Source: an uncultured SAR86 cluster bacterium
GTDB taxonomy: Bacteria > Pseudomonadota > Gammaproteobacteria > Magnimaribacterales > D2472
Assembly: GCA_943788365.1 (NCBI GenBank)
Contig: CALSPZ010000001.1
Location: 905,970-969,969 of the forward strand
Length of the DNA: 64,000 nt
Direction of reading: 5' to 3'
The stretch's first letter is position 1. Each line of letters opens with the position of its first letter. Below the pieces are notes generated by a model. That model was not told the origin of the DNA, did no database searches, and saw only the letters and a list, made by a program, of their open reading frames with translations. The translations under genes and the position numbers were made by a program. Of the stretch, positions 9,384 to 17,387 are shown piece by piece.

Positions 9384-10679
9384 CTAGGACATTAAAGCTT
9401 CAATTTCTTTTGGATCAGAGGGAACTTTCTCCGTTAGATTTAGATTACCGCTCTCTGTCACTAAAATATCATCTTCAATTCTAATGCCTATACCCTTCCA
9501 TTTTTCATCAACGTTAGATGAGCTGCTAATATATATTCCAGGCTCAACAGTAGTTACCATTCCAGGCTTAAATGACATAAAGTCCCCATCTTCCATATAG
9601 TCCCCGGAGTCGTGAACATCTAAACCAAGCCAGTGACCTACTTTATGCATATAAAACTCTTTATGAGCCCCTGCATTATATAATTCATCTGGATCGCCTT
9701 TCAGGATTCCTAAATTAACTAATCCACTCACTATTACTTTTTCAGATATTTTTTGTGGCTCCATAATGTTGTTGCCTTCGATAACTGCACTAATAGCTTT
9801 TTGATTAGCTTCATAAACAACATTATAAATTTCTAGCTGCTCTTTAGTAAATTTTCCATTCACTGGAAAAGTTCTAGTTATATCTGATGCGTACATTTCG
9901 TACTCCCCGCCAGCATCAACTAATATAAGTTCGCCATCTCTCAAAGTCTGACTGTTTTCAACATAATGCAAAATACAAGCATTTTCTCCACCAGCAACTA
10001 TTGGCGTATAAGCGGCAAATCTACTGCCTCTCTTTGCAAACTCATATAAATATTTTGCTTCTATTTCTTGCTCTGTGTTACCAGGCTCAATTGATTTCAT
10101 GATTGCTATATGAGAATCAGCAGAAATTTCACAAGATTTCTTAAGTAGCTCAATTTCATGATTGTCTTTGATAAGCCTCAAATTGCCAATCAATGAAGTT
10201 GAGTCAACCATATCAATAGATTTGCTATGTCTCTCAATTGAATTAGCTTTATTAGTCCAATTTATAACCTTTTTATCAAATTCTTGATCTTTTCCAAATG
10301 AATAAAATAATTTTTGTTTGCCTTGTATTAAGGCTGGTATCTCTTTGTCTAAATCTGAGTTATTAAAAGCTAGATCAAATAGATAATCACTAACAACACC
10401 TTCTGGGCCCGCTCTATAACCATCCCATATTTCCTTAATTTTGTCTTTTTCAGGCACAAAAATTATAGAATTTATTTTGTTGTTATTATTAACAAGCAGC
10501 ATTACAGAAGATGCTTCACAGAAACCTGATAAATAGTAAAAGCTACTTTCCTGCCTAAAAGCATATGCAGAATCTGCATTTCTATAACGATTATCTGCAC
10601 CAGGAATTATTATTGCAGAATTGTTGGGTATTAATGATGAGAGACTTTCCCTTCTTTCTTTATATATATTTTTGTTCAT
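9384..10679 (-). CDS. pepP: Xaa-Pro aminopeptidase
   Basis: AMP_N domain plus M24 metal-ligand motifs (DAGGEY, DITRTFP, HWLGLDVHD, VEPGIY). Synteny supports the call. Confidence 0.9.
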   Translation of the reverse strand: MNKNIYKERRESLSSLIPNNSAIIIPGADNRYRNADSAYAFRQESSFYYLSGFCEASSVMLLVNNNNKINSIIFVPEKDKIKEIWDGYRAGPEGVVSDYLFDLAFNNSDLDKEIPALIQGKQKLFYSFGKDQEFDKKVINWTNKANSIERHSKSIDMVDSTSLIGNLRLIKDNHEIELLKKSCEISADSHIAIMKSIEPGNTEQEIEAKYLYEFAKRGSRFAAYTPIVAGGENACILHYVENSQTLRDGELILVDAGGEYEMYASDITRTFPVNGKFTKEQLEIYNVVYEANQKAISAVIEGNNIMEPQKISEKVIVSGLVNLGILKGDPDELYNAGAHKEFYMHKVGHWLGLDVHDSGDYMEDGDFMSFKPGMVTTVEPGIYISSSSNVDEKWKGIGIRIEDDILVTESGNLNLTEKVPSDPKEIEALMS

Positions 10680-10744
10680 ATAAACATTTTACTCTTTTAA
10701 AAAACAAACTTCCCTATTTATTCTAATAGAATTAAACTTAATTC

Positions 10745-10939
10745 ATGGAAAACGACAACAATTCATTATCCTTGCTAGAAAAAAGACTAGATGATCTTTT
10801 GAATAGATTCTTGGAACAACAGGGGATAATTGATTCTTATATTATTAAAGAAAGAGATTGGAAGAAATCAAAGCTGCTGAAGAATAAAGAAATAAAAGCA
10901 TTACAGGATGAAATTAAAAAGGTAAAAACAGATGGGTAA
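10745..10939 (+). CDS. small coiled-coil protein (TIGR02449-like, ZapA-associated)
   Basis: 64-aa heptad-rich protein immediately upstream of and overlapping zapA. The pattern L..R...LL.R......E..W.......KN resembles the Pseudomonas protein at the same position. Confidence 0.55.
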   Translation: MENDNNSLSLLEKRLDDLLNRFLEQQGIIDSYIIKERDWKKSKLLKNKEIKALQDEIKKVKTDG

Positions 10940-11186
10940 TTTAGAAACAATCCAACTTAGAATTTTTGGGAGAGACCTAACTCTTTCATGCCCCTCAGAA
11001 GAAAAAGATCAATTGCTAAAATCAGCACAACTTTTAAATGATGAGCTTGATAAAATTCAAGATAAACAAAATGCATTAGTCATTGCCGGACTCAGTCTTG
11101 CAAACAAGGCTCTTTCTGGAACTCAATCACACAAAAATAGTAAAGACCTTAGCTCTCTCATAGAAAAAATTAATTCTGTTTTATAG
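10932..11186 (+). CDS. zapA: cell division protein ZapA
   Basis: Small protein with LRIFGRDLTLSCP..E...L..AA..L; zapA-ssrS-ygfA synteny. Confidence 0.8.
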   Translation: MGNLETIQLRIFGRDLTLSCPSEEKDQLLKSAQLLNDELDKIQDKQNALVIAGLSLANKALSGTQSHKNSKDLSSLIEKINSVL

Positions 11187-11194
11187 ACTTTCCC

Positions 11195-11223
11195 TTCAAC
11201 TACGAAGGTAACTATTTTATAAT
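11195..11223 (+). promoter_or_regulatory. putative promoter of 6S RNA
   Basis: TTCAAC (11195-11200), 17 nt, then TATAAT (11218-11223). The predicted transcription start at about 11230 coincides with the start of the 6S closing stem. Confidence 0.35.
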
Positions 11224-11229
11224 CCATAT

Positions 11230-11400
11230 ACATTCTGGTTCACATGCTAATGTGTCAATAAATTTGAACCGATACTTATAAATAGGTGATATTCCTCTTC
11301 TATTGTTGTGCAGTACCTATTAGGGAAGCCTGATTTAGAAAGATATTCACCACCTGACCTTTCGGTTCAGGTATGACGCATGGCGGTGATCTGGTTTGTT
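11230..11400 (+). ncRNA. ssrS: 6S RNA (boundaries approximate, +/-10 nt)
   Basis: A 228-bp non-coding gap lies between zapA and the 5-formyl-THF cyclo-ligase gene, the conserved gammaproteobacterial ssrS position. GAACCGATACTTAT resembles E. coli GAGCCGAUAUUUCAU. CACCTGACCTTTCGGTTCAGGTATGACGCATGGCGGTGATCTGG resembles E. coli CACCUUGAACCAAGGGUUCAAGGGUUACAGCCUGCGGCGGCAUCUCGG (recalled from memory). The 5' CATTCTGGTTCAC can pair with the 3' GTGATCTGGTTTG to form the closing stem. Confidence 0.8.
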
Positions 11401-11414
11401 AACTCTGCAAACCT

Positions 11415-11981
11415 ATGCCTAAAAATAAGTTAAGAAAAAAACTTTTTCAAAAGAATCAATCTATGTCTTCTGAATACAAAAAACTGGCAAGTGCAGAAGT
11501 GCAAAAAACATTCTTAGATATCAACAGCCTTAATAAAGCAAAAAATATACTTCTTTATAAAGATATAAAAGGGGAAATGCCTACAGATAAAATTATGCTG
11601 GAGTCGCAGAGAATGGGTATTGGTGTTTATTTTCCTGTAGTTGCTGATAACTATAAATTATCTTTAATCAAATATTTAAAAGGCGATCGTTTTAAAAAAA
11701 ATAAATATGGTATTGATGAGCCTGAGGGAAGTGAGCAGATTAATCCAGAGAACTTATCTATAGCAATAGTTCCTTTTGTTGGTGTAGATAATAATGGGTA
11801 TAGACTTGGCAATGGAGGTGGATATTATGATCGATTATTTGGGTCACTTCCCGAGAGGTCAGATCTTGTAATTGCTGGTCTAGGATTTGATTATCAGATA
11901 ATTTCAGATAATTTTAAAGAAGATCATGACTTGAAATATGATCTTGTGATAACAGAAAAACAGAAATATTTTTTTAAATAA
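11415..11981 (+). CDS. ygfA: 5-formyltetrahydrofolate cyclo-ligase
   Basis: VPFVGVDNNGYRLGNGGGYYDR motif; directly downstream of 6S RNA as in E. coli. Confidence 0.85.
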   Translation: MPKNKLRKKLFQKNQSMSSEYKKLASAEVQKTFLDINSLNKAKNILLYKDIKGEMPTDKIMLESQRMGIGVYFPVVADNYKLSLIKYLKGDRFKKNKYGIDEPEGSEQINPENLSIAIVPFVGVDNNGYRLGNGGGYYDRLFGSLPERSDLVIAGLGFDYQIISDNFKEDHDLKYDLVITEKQKYFFK

Positions 11982-12005
11982 TGTAAAATATACTTTACAT
12001 TATGA

Positions 12006-14324
12006 ATGGCTATTATTAAACTTGGCAGCCATATTTTTTTAAGGTTAGTATTGAAAAAACAGTTTTTTATATTTATTGCTCTATTTTCATTTGAAATTTA
12101 CTCAATTGAACTTGATGGTGTGATTTCAGAATCTGAGTGGGCTGATGCGCAAAGATTTGATTCCTTTAATACAGTTTATCCATTTTCTTTAAAACCATCT
12201 CCAAAAGATACAGAGGCTTATATTATTTCTAATGAGGAAGGTATATATATTGGTTTTAAAAACTATCAATCTTCAGAGCTTATGAATAGCATTAAGTCAT
12301 CAAGAGATGTGATGAATGATTCTGATGCAAATGTTGTGGTTATAGATTTTGCTAACAATGGTATTGAAGCTTTTGAATTTGTTATTAATTCTTCAGGAAC
12401 CTTTATTGATGGCACTTTTACAAATGGAAATGATCTAAGTAGGGATTGGGATGGTAATTGGCAAGGATTAGTCAGCAAGGCAGATAATTATTGGAGCTCA
12501 GAGATATTTATTCCATGGACCGTGGCTACTCTTCCATCCAATAAATCAGATTTTAGAAAAATAAGAATGATGTTTGGTAGATATATTTATGAAGATAATG
12601 TCTGGGTTAGTTCGATTAAAAGCTCGTATAGCAGGAATAAGTTTCTTTCAAAACTATCTCCGGTTGAAATAAAAAATTATTCTTCGTCTAAACTTTCATT
12701 TTTTCCATATATTTCTAGTCAGACTGATTCTGTCCCGGGTACAAGTCTCAGCAGAGCGGGAGCTGATATCTTTTGGAATACTGGTGATGGCAGGCAAATA
12801 AATGCAACATTTAACCCAGACTTTGGTCAGGCAGAAAGTGATGATTTGGTAGTAAATTTTTCTGCGCAAGAAACTTTTTTTAATGAAAAAAGAGCTTTCT
12901 TTACTGAAAATCACTCACTTTTTACTCTTAAAGATAGAGATAAATTTACCATTATTAATACTAGAAGGATTGGTTCCAAGCCTGACTATGAATGCGCTCA
13001 GTCAGTCGATGAGGATCTGTGCAATTCATCAAAGAAAACATATTCTGATCTGGACTACGCGTTTAGAATAACTGAAAAAAAAGAGGACCTTGAAATAGGT
13101 CTTTTTGTAGCAAGAGAATCAGATGAGTCTTTTTCTAAGGGGAGGGAATTCTTAGCATTTAGATCTAGAGCACAGATAGGGGGAGCAACTCTTGGACATG
13201 TTATTACAAATGTAAAAAGCGAAGTTACAGGCTTGAGTTCAACTGTAAATGCTGTAGATTTTGATAAGATATATACAAGTAAAATTAGGCTATCCTCTAC
13301 CTTGCTTTCATCGAGAGTTGCAGATGTTGATGGGTATGGATTCAAGGCGTCAATGCGTTATAGGCCTAATAAAAATGAGAGTACCAATACAACACTAAGA
13401 TATTTTGATAAGAGTCTAGATCTTAATAATTTTGGCTACCTTAAAGACGCTGATTATTTCCAATTGAGCTCGAGATCATCAAAGCAGAACACAAGCTATG
13501 ATGATAAATCAAAAATTAATATGTCTGAGCTATCTGTATGGTGGTCCTTGAGTGGTGATACAAGCGGAAATACAAATCCTTTCTTTATCAATCCTCAATT
13601 TGAGTACTTCTATAAAGATGGATCTAAATTTAATGCATTTATTACACTCAAATCTTCAGGAAAAAATACCACCATTACTAGAAAGAATGATCTCTATCCT
13701 TTTGCAAAAATAAAATCATCTAAAAGCATTACTGCAGACTACGAGGGGGTTATATCTCGAGATTTAGAATATGATTGGAGAGTCAGTTTTGATAAATCAC
13801 CAAAATACAACACTTGGAATTCAAGAGGTTACAAAAAAAGTTTTTTTAAATTTGGAACAAAATATTCAATAAATGAAAATTTAACGATGAGCGTTAATTT
13901 AATTGCTAAAAAAGAAAATGAGTGGTTGAGGTGGCTTCAAGAGAATGAATTCTCTTCAAGCAATCTAAGTAGAAGAGAGATATCGTTTAACTTGAATTGG
14001 TTTAAAGGGCTAAAGCATGAGCTAAGACTAAAATCACAATTTATTGCACTTAAATCAGAGTCGCCACACAGCTTAATTCTGAGTCAACAGGGCTATTTAA
14101 CTGATAGCAATAATACCGTTCTTCCTTTTAGTATTGGGCAAGCAGCTTTTCAGTTAAGATATAAATATGAGTTTGCGCCGCTTTCAAATATTTATGTTGT
14201 GTATTCTAGGGGTGGCAATGTTGATCTAGAGGATCAGGATGAAGCATACTCAAATTTATTTCAAGATGCATGGAATGATCCATCGAATGAAATTATCTCA
14301 GTAAAGGTTAGGCTAAAATATTAA
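12006..14324 (+). CDS. secreted/outer-membrane protein with an N-terminal CBM9-like domain (DUF5916-like)
   Basis: Signal-like N-terminus. The DGVISESEWADAQRFDSF...TEAYIISNEEGIYIGF pattern is typical of CBM9-like/DUF5916 proteins. The C-terminal region is long and beta-rich, ending in an aromatic residue (..VRLKY). Confidence 0.5.
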   Translation: MAIIKLGSHIFLRLVLKKQFFIFIALFSFEIYSIELDGVISESEWADAQRFDSFNTVYPFSLKPSPKDTEAYIISNEEGIYIGFKNYQSSELMNSIKSSRDVMNDSDANVVVIDFANNGIEAFEFVINSSGTFIDGTFTNGNDLSRDWDGNWQGLVSKADNYWSSEIFIPWTVATLPSNKSDFRKIRMMFGRYIYEDNVWVSSIKSSYSRNKFLSKLSPVEIKNYSSSKLSFFPYISSQTDSVPGTSLSRAGADIFWNTGDGRQINATFNPDFGQAESDDLVVNFSAQETFFNEKRAFFTENHSLFTLKDRDKFTIINTRRIGSKPDYECAQSVDEDLCNSSKKTYSDLDYAFRITEKKEDLEIGLFVARESDESFSKGREFLAFRSRAQIGGATLGHVITNVKSEVTGLSSTVNAVDFDKIYTSKIRLSSTLLSSRVADVDGYGFKASMRYRPNKNESTNTTLRYFDKSLDLNNFGYLKDADYFQLSSRSSKQNTSYDDKSKINMSELSVWWSLSGDTSGNTNPFFINPQFEYFYKDGSKFNAFITLKSSGKNTTITRKNDLYPFAKIKSSKSITADYEGVISRDLEYDWRVSFDKSPKYNTWNSRGYKKSFFKFGTKYSINENLTMSVNLIAKKENEWLRWLQENEFSSSNLSRREISFNLNWFKGLKHELRLKSQFIALKSESPHSLILSQQGYLTDSNNTVLPFSIGQAAFQLRYKYEFAPLSNIYVVYSRGGNVDLEDQDEAYSNLFQDAWNDPSNEIISVKVRLKY

Positions 14325-14325
14325 A

Positions 14326-15876
14326 TTACTTTAAGTAACTTTTGTAAGCTTTGTTGTTTGTTTCCTCTGCAAATAATACCTCAGTATTTACTAGCTGCCT
14401 TGTTAACTTATTGGGGTCTTGTTCACCATCCTCTATGCCTAACAAAATTTTTCCAAAAGCAGATCCAAGATTCCTGTAATGAAATAGGGAAATATTCCAT
14501 TGATCACCAAATTTTTCTAAAAAGTTTAAAAGTGCTCTTGGTCTCTCTGGGAACTCAGTTCTAAATATCCTTTCTTTAACATTTTTAGAAAGCGTATGAT
14601 TTATTCTTCCTCCGACCATATGTCTTAAATGATCATTGGATATTTCATTTGATGTTAAATCATCAAATTTATATTTCTTCTTTTTAAGGTTCTCCTTTAA
14701 TCTATTGAATGATGTCTCTGAATTAGTTCTTATGCCAACAAGAACATATGCTGTTGATGAGCTTGATTTTCTATAATTAAACTCAGAAATCTGAAAGTTG
14801 CCAAACATTTTTGCCAGCCTCAAAAAACTTCCAGGACGCTCTGGAACTTTAATGCTCATTATTTTTTCTTTATTTTCTCCAAGCTCAGACCTTTCAACAA
14901 TAAAGCTTAATCTTTGAAAATTAACATTTGCGCCGCTGCTTATTGCAAGTAATTTTTTTCCATTTACTTTTTTTGAATATTTTTTTAGCCCAGCTAATGC
15001 AAGCGCTCCTGCGGGCTCAGATAAAATTCTTGTATCCTCAAAAATATCTTTTACAGAAGCACAGACCTCATCAATTGAAACCGTAATAACTTCATCTACA
15101 CATTCTTTGATAATATCAAAATTATTTTTTCCAACTTGCTCAACCGCAACACCATCAGCAAATAAGCCCACCTCTTTAAGTCGAACTCTTTTATTTGCTT
15201 TTAATGCTTCATATAGGCATGCTGAGTCCTCAACCTCCACGCCGATTACTTTTACTTTTTTGTCATTCTGAGCAGTCCATGCAGACACCCCAGCTAAAAG
15301 ACCTCCCCCGCCAACAGGCACAAAAATAACATCATAATTTTCTTCTGATTCTAAAATTTCTTTGCCAACGGTGCCTTGACCAGCTATTGTATATTTGTCA
15401 TCAAAAGGATGGACAAATGCATACCCCTCCTTCTTACCAATCTCTTTAGCTTCTTTCACAGCAGCATCATAATTATCTCCATGAAGAAGTATCTTTGCTC
15501 CATGTCTTTTTACTGCTTTAACTTTTATCTCAGGTGTAGTTATGGGCATAACTATTAGACATGAAATTTTAAGAGCCTTACATGAAATAGCAACTCCTTG
15601 CGCATGATTGCCAGCAGAGGCTGCAATAACACCGGATCCTTTTTGTTTTGAGTTGAGGTTAATGATTTTATTATATGCACCTCTGTTCTTGAAAGAAAAG
15701 ACGGGTTGAAGGTCCTCTCTTTTTAAATAAATTTTATTTTTTTCCTTTTGAGATATGTTTGGAGCGAAGGTAATTGGAGTTTTTAAAGCCACATCATAAA
15801 CGGTTGCATCTTCAATTAACTTCAAATATTTTGCTGAATGCTTAAAAGATCCTGTTTTTTTTATTTTTATGCGCAA
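14326..15876 (-). CDS. ilvA: biosynthetic threonine ammonia-lyase (threonine dehydratase)
   Basis: PLP-lysine motif FSFKNRGAYNK, GGGGL loop, and two C-terminal ACT-like regulatory repeats; 516 aa. Confidence 0.9.
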   Translation of the reverse strand: MRIKIKKTGSFKHSAKYLKLIEDATVYDVALKTPITFAPNISQKEKNKIYLKREDLQPVFSFKNRGAYNKIINLNSKQKGSGVIAASAGNHAQGVAISCKALKISCLIVMPITTPEIKVKAVKRHGAKILLHGDNYDAAVKEAKEIGKKEGYAFVHPFDDKYTIAGQGTVGKEILESEENYDVIFVPVGGGGLLAGVSAWTAQNDKKVKVIGVEVEDSACLYEALKANKRVRLKEVGLFADGVAVEQVGKNNFDIIKECVDEVITVSIDEVCASVKDIFEDTRILSEPAGALALAGLKKYSKKVNGKKLLAISSGANVNFQRLSFIVERSELGENKEKIMSIKVPERPGSFLRLAKMFGNFQISEFNYRKSSSSTAYVLVGIRTNSETSFNRLKENLKKKKYKFDDLTSNEISNDHLRHMVGGRINHTLSKNVKERIFRTEFPERPRALLNFLEKFGDQWNISLFHYRNLGSAFGKILLGIEDGEQDPNKLTRQLVNTEVLFAEETNNKAYKSYLK

Positions 15877-15914
15877 GGTTACTCTTTAAATATAATTTCT
15901 AGTATTATAACTGC

Positions 15915-16553
15915 ATGAGTGGCTCAAAGATAAATGTTGCTAAACAAGCAGTAGATTTTTTAGAAAATAAACTTTCTGAAAAAATGATTATCGGAATTGG
16001 AACAGGAACAACTGTTAATTTTTTTATTGAGCAATTAAAAACATTGAAGCATAGATTTGATGGAGCTGTATCAAGCTCAGATAGGTCATCTGCTATTTTG
16101 CAAGATGCTGGGATTAAGGTTTATGAGTTAAATGGGGTTAACGAGATTGCTTACTATGTGGATGGTGCTGATGAAGTATCAAAAGACTACTCGCTTATTA
16201 AAGGCGGCGGCGGCGCTCATACAAGAGAGAAAATAGTTGCGTCTGCTTCAGATCATTTTATATGTATTGTGGATAAGTCAAAGATCGTTAAAGACCTTGG
16301 TGCTTTCCCTCTTCCGATAGAGGTAATTCCAGAGAGCAGAAGTCTTGTATCGCGAAAAATACTCTCCTTGGGAGGTATGCCAACATACAGACAAGGGTTT
16401 ACTACCGACCAGGGCAATCAAATCATCGATGTTACTGGTCTAGATCTCCATAATTCATTGGATATGGAATATAAGATAAATGGTATTGCTGGAGTGGTAG
16501 ATAATGGAATATTTGCTATTAATAAACCTAAAACTGTCTTAATTTCAGAATAA
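15915..16553 (+). CDS. rpiA: ribose-5-phosphate isomerase A
   Basis: GIGTGTT, DGADE and KGGGGAHTREK motifs. Confidence 0.9.
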   Translation: MSGSKINVAKQAVDFLENKLSEKMIIGIGTGTTVNFFIEQLKTLKHRFDGAVSSSDRSSAILQDAGIKVYELNGVNEIAYYVDGADEVSKDYSLIKGGGGAHTREKIVASASDHFICIVDKSKIVKDLGAFPLPIEVIPESRSLVSRKILSLGGMPTYRQGFTTDQGNQIIDVTGLDLHNSLDMEYKINGIAGVVDNGIFAINKPKTVLISE

Positions 16554-17075
16554 TTATAGAAGAGACTCTATTCTAGCTAGTAAATCCAAGGAATTAGGCT
16601 CGACATTCTTATCAAAAGTATCTGTTACAACTCCATCTCTTGAAATCAAGAACTTGTTAAAATTCCATGAAGGTGACACTCCGCTTTGAGCTTTTAATTT
16701 TTTGTAGAAAGGATGCGCATTTTTTCCAGTAACCTTGCTTGTAGCAAACATTGGAAATTCAACGCCATATTCTGTAGAGCAAAACTCTGCAACATCGCCC
16801 TCCTCTTTATATTCTTGAAATAAAAAATCACGAGAAGGAATTCCAATAACAACAAAGCCCTGGTCTTTATAATTGCTATATAACGATTGAAGGCCTTCAT
16901 ATTGATATGTAAAGCCACACCTACTTGCAACATTAACAACTAGGATTACTTCATCTTCAAATTCACAGAGATTAGTAATCTTGGCTGAATCAAGCTGCCT
17001 AATATCTGTATTAAGCAGATCTGTGCATGCAAATGAATGCATAGACATAAATAGAACTAAATATAATTTTTTCAT
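16554..17075 (-). CDS. glutathione peroxidase (Cys type, with signal peptide)
   Basis: NVASRCGFTYQYEGLQSLY and WNFNKFL motifs of the GPx family, with a hydrophobic N-terminal signal. Confidence 0.85.
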   Translation of the reverse strand: MKKLYLVLFMSMHSFACTDLLNTDIRQLDSAKITNLCEFEDEVILVVNVASRCGFTYQYEGLQSLYSNYKDQGFVVIGIPSRDFLFQEYKEEGDVAEFCSTEYGVEFPMFATSKVTGKNAHPFYKKLKAQSGVSPSWNFNKFLISRDGVVTDTFDKNVEPNSLDLLARIESLL

Positions 17076-17099
17076 ATAAAAATTTTTTCTAAGTTAATA

Positions 17100-17186
17100 T
17101 TAAACAGTTGGAATAATTGCTATAACTGATGAGACAAACAGTGTTGCTAAAAATATTACTTCAAATGTGTCTTTAATGTTTCTCAT
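17100..17186 (-). CDS. hypothetical 28-aa single-TM peptide (MRNIKDTFEVIFLATLFVSSVIAIIPTV)
   Basis: ATG-to-TAA ORF not in the track, lying 24 nt upstream of gpx and 20 nt downstream of an intrinsic terminator. It has a hydrophobic core but no clear Shine-Dalgarno sequence. Confidence 0.25.
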   Translation of the reverse strand: MRNIKDTFEVIFLATLFVSSVIAIIPTV

Positions 17187-17205
17187 ATCTTAACTTAAAA
17201 AGGTT

Positions 17206-17235
17206 AAAAAATCTTGGAGGGCGATGGCCCTCCAA
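17206..17235 (-). terminator. rho-independent terminator (minus-strand orientation)
   Basis: On the minus strand: TTGGAGGGC-CATC-GCCCTCCAA (9-bp GC-rich stem, 4-nt loop) followed by GATTTTTT. Confidence 0.6.
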
Positions 17236-17285
17236 TAATTTCAGAGGATTCAGCAACCTACTTTAGGGGGGAGAGAATTGCTGAG
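17206..17285 (-). ncRNA. candidate ~80-nt small RNA or cis-regulatory leader
   Basis: The predicted transcript has a near-consensus promoter upstream. Hairpin 1 is TCAGCAA/TTGCTGA with apical loop CUCUCCCCCCUAAAGUA, followed by a single-stranded AUCCUCUGAAAUUA segment and then the terminator hairpin. Confidence 0.4.
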
Positions 17286-17291
17286 AGTACT

Positions 17292-17319
17292 ATTATATTT
17301 ATTTATAATTAATTATCAA
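17292..17319 (-). promoter_or_regulatory. putative sigma70 promoter driving the candidate RNA
   Basis: The minus strand reads TTGATA (17319-17314), 16 nt, then TATAAT (17297-17292). Confidence 0.4.
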
Positions 17320-17387
17320 TGCTTTTTATAAATAAATTATAAATAATTTTAGGTATAATGCTTAAGCAAATTTTTAAAGGTAATCAA

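Noticed and set aside
10718-10730. 13-bp palindrome ATTCTAATAGAAT in the pepP/zapA-operon divergent region, and a 7-bp AT hairpin after ygfA at about 11984-12003.
   Set aside because: Both are short and entirely AT-rich. Such palindromes are frequent by chance at this base composition.
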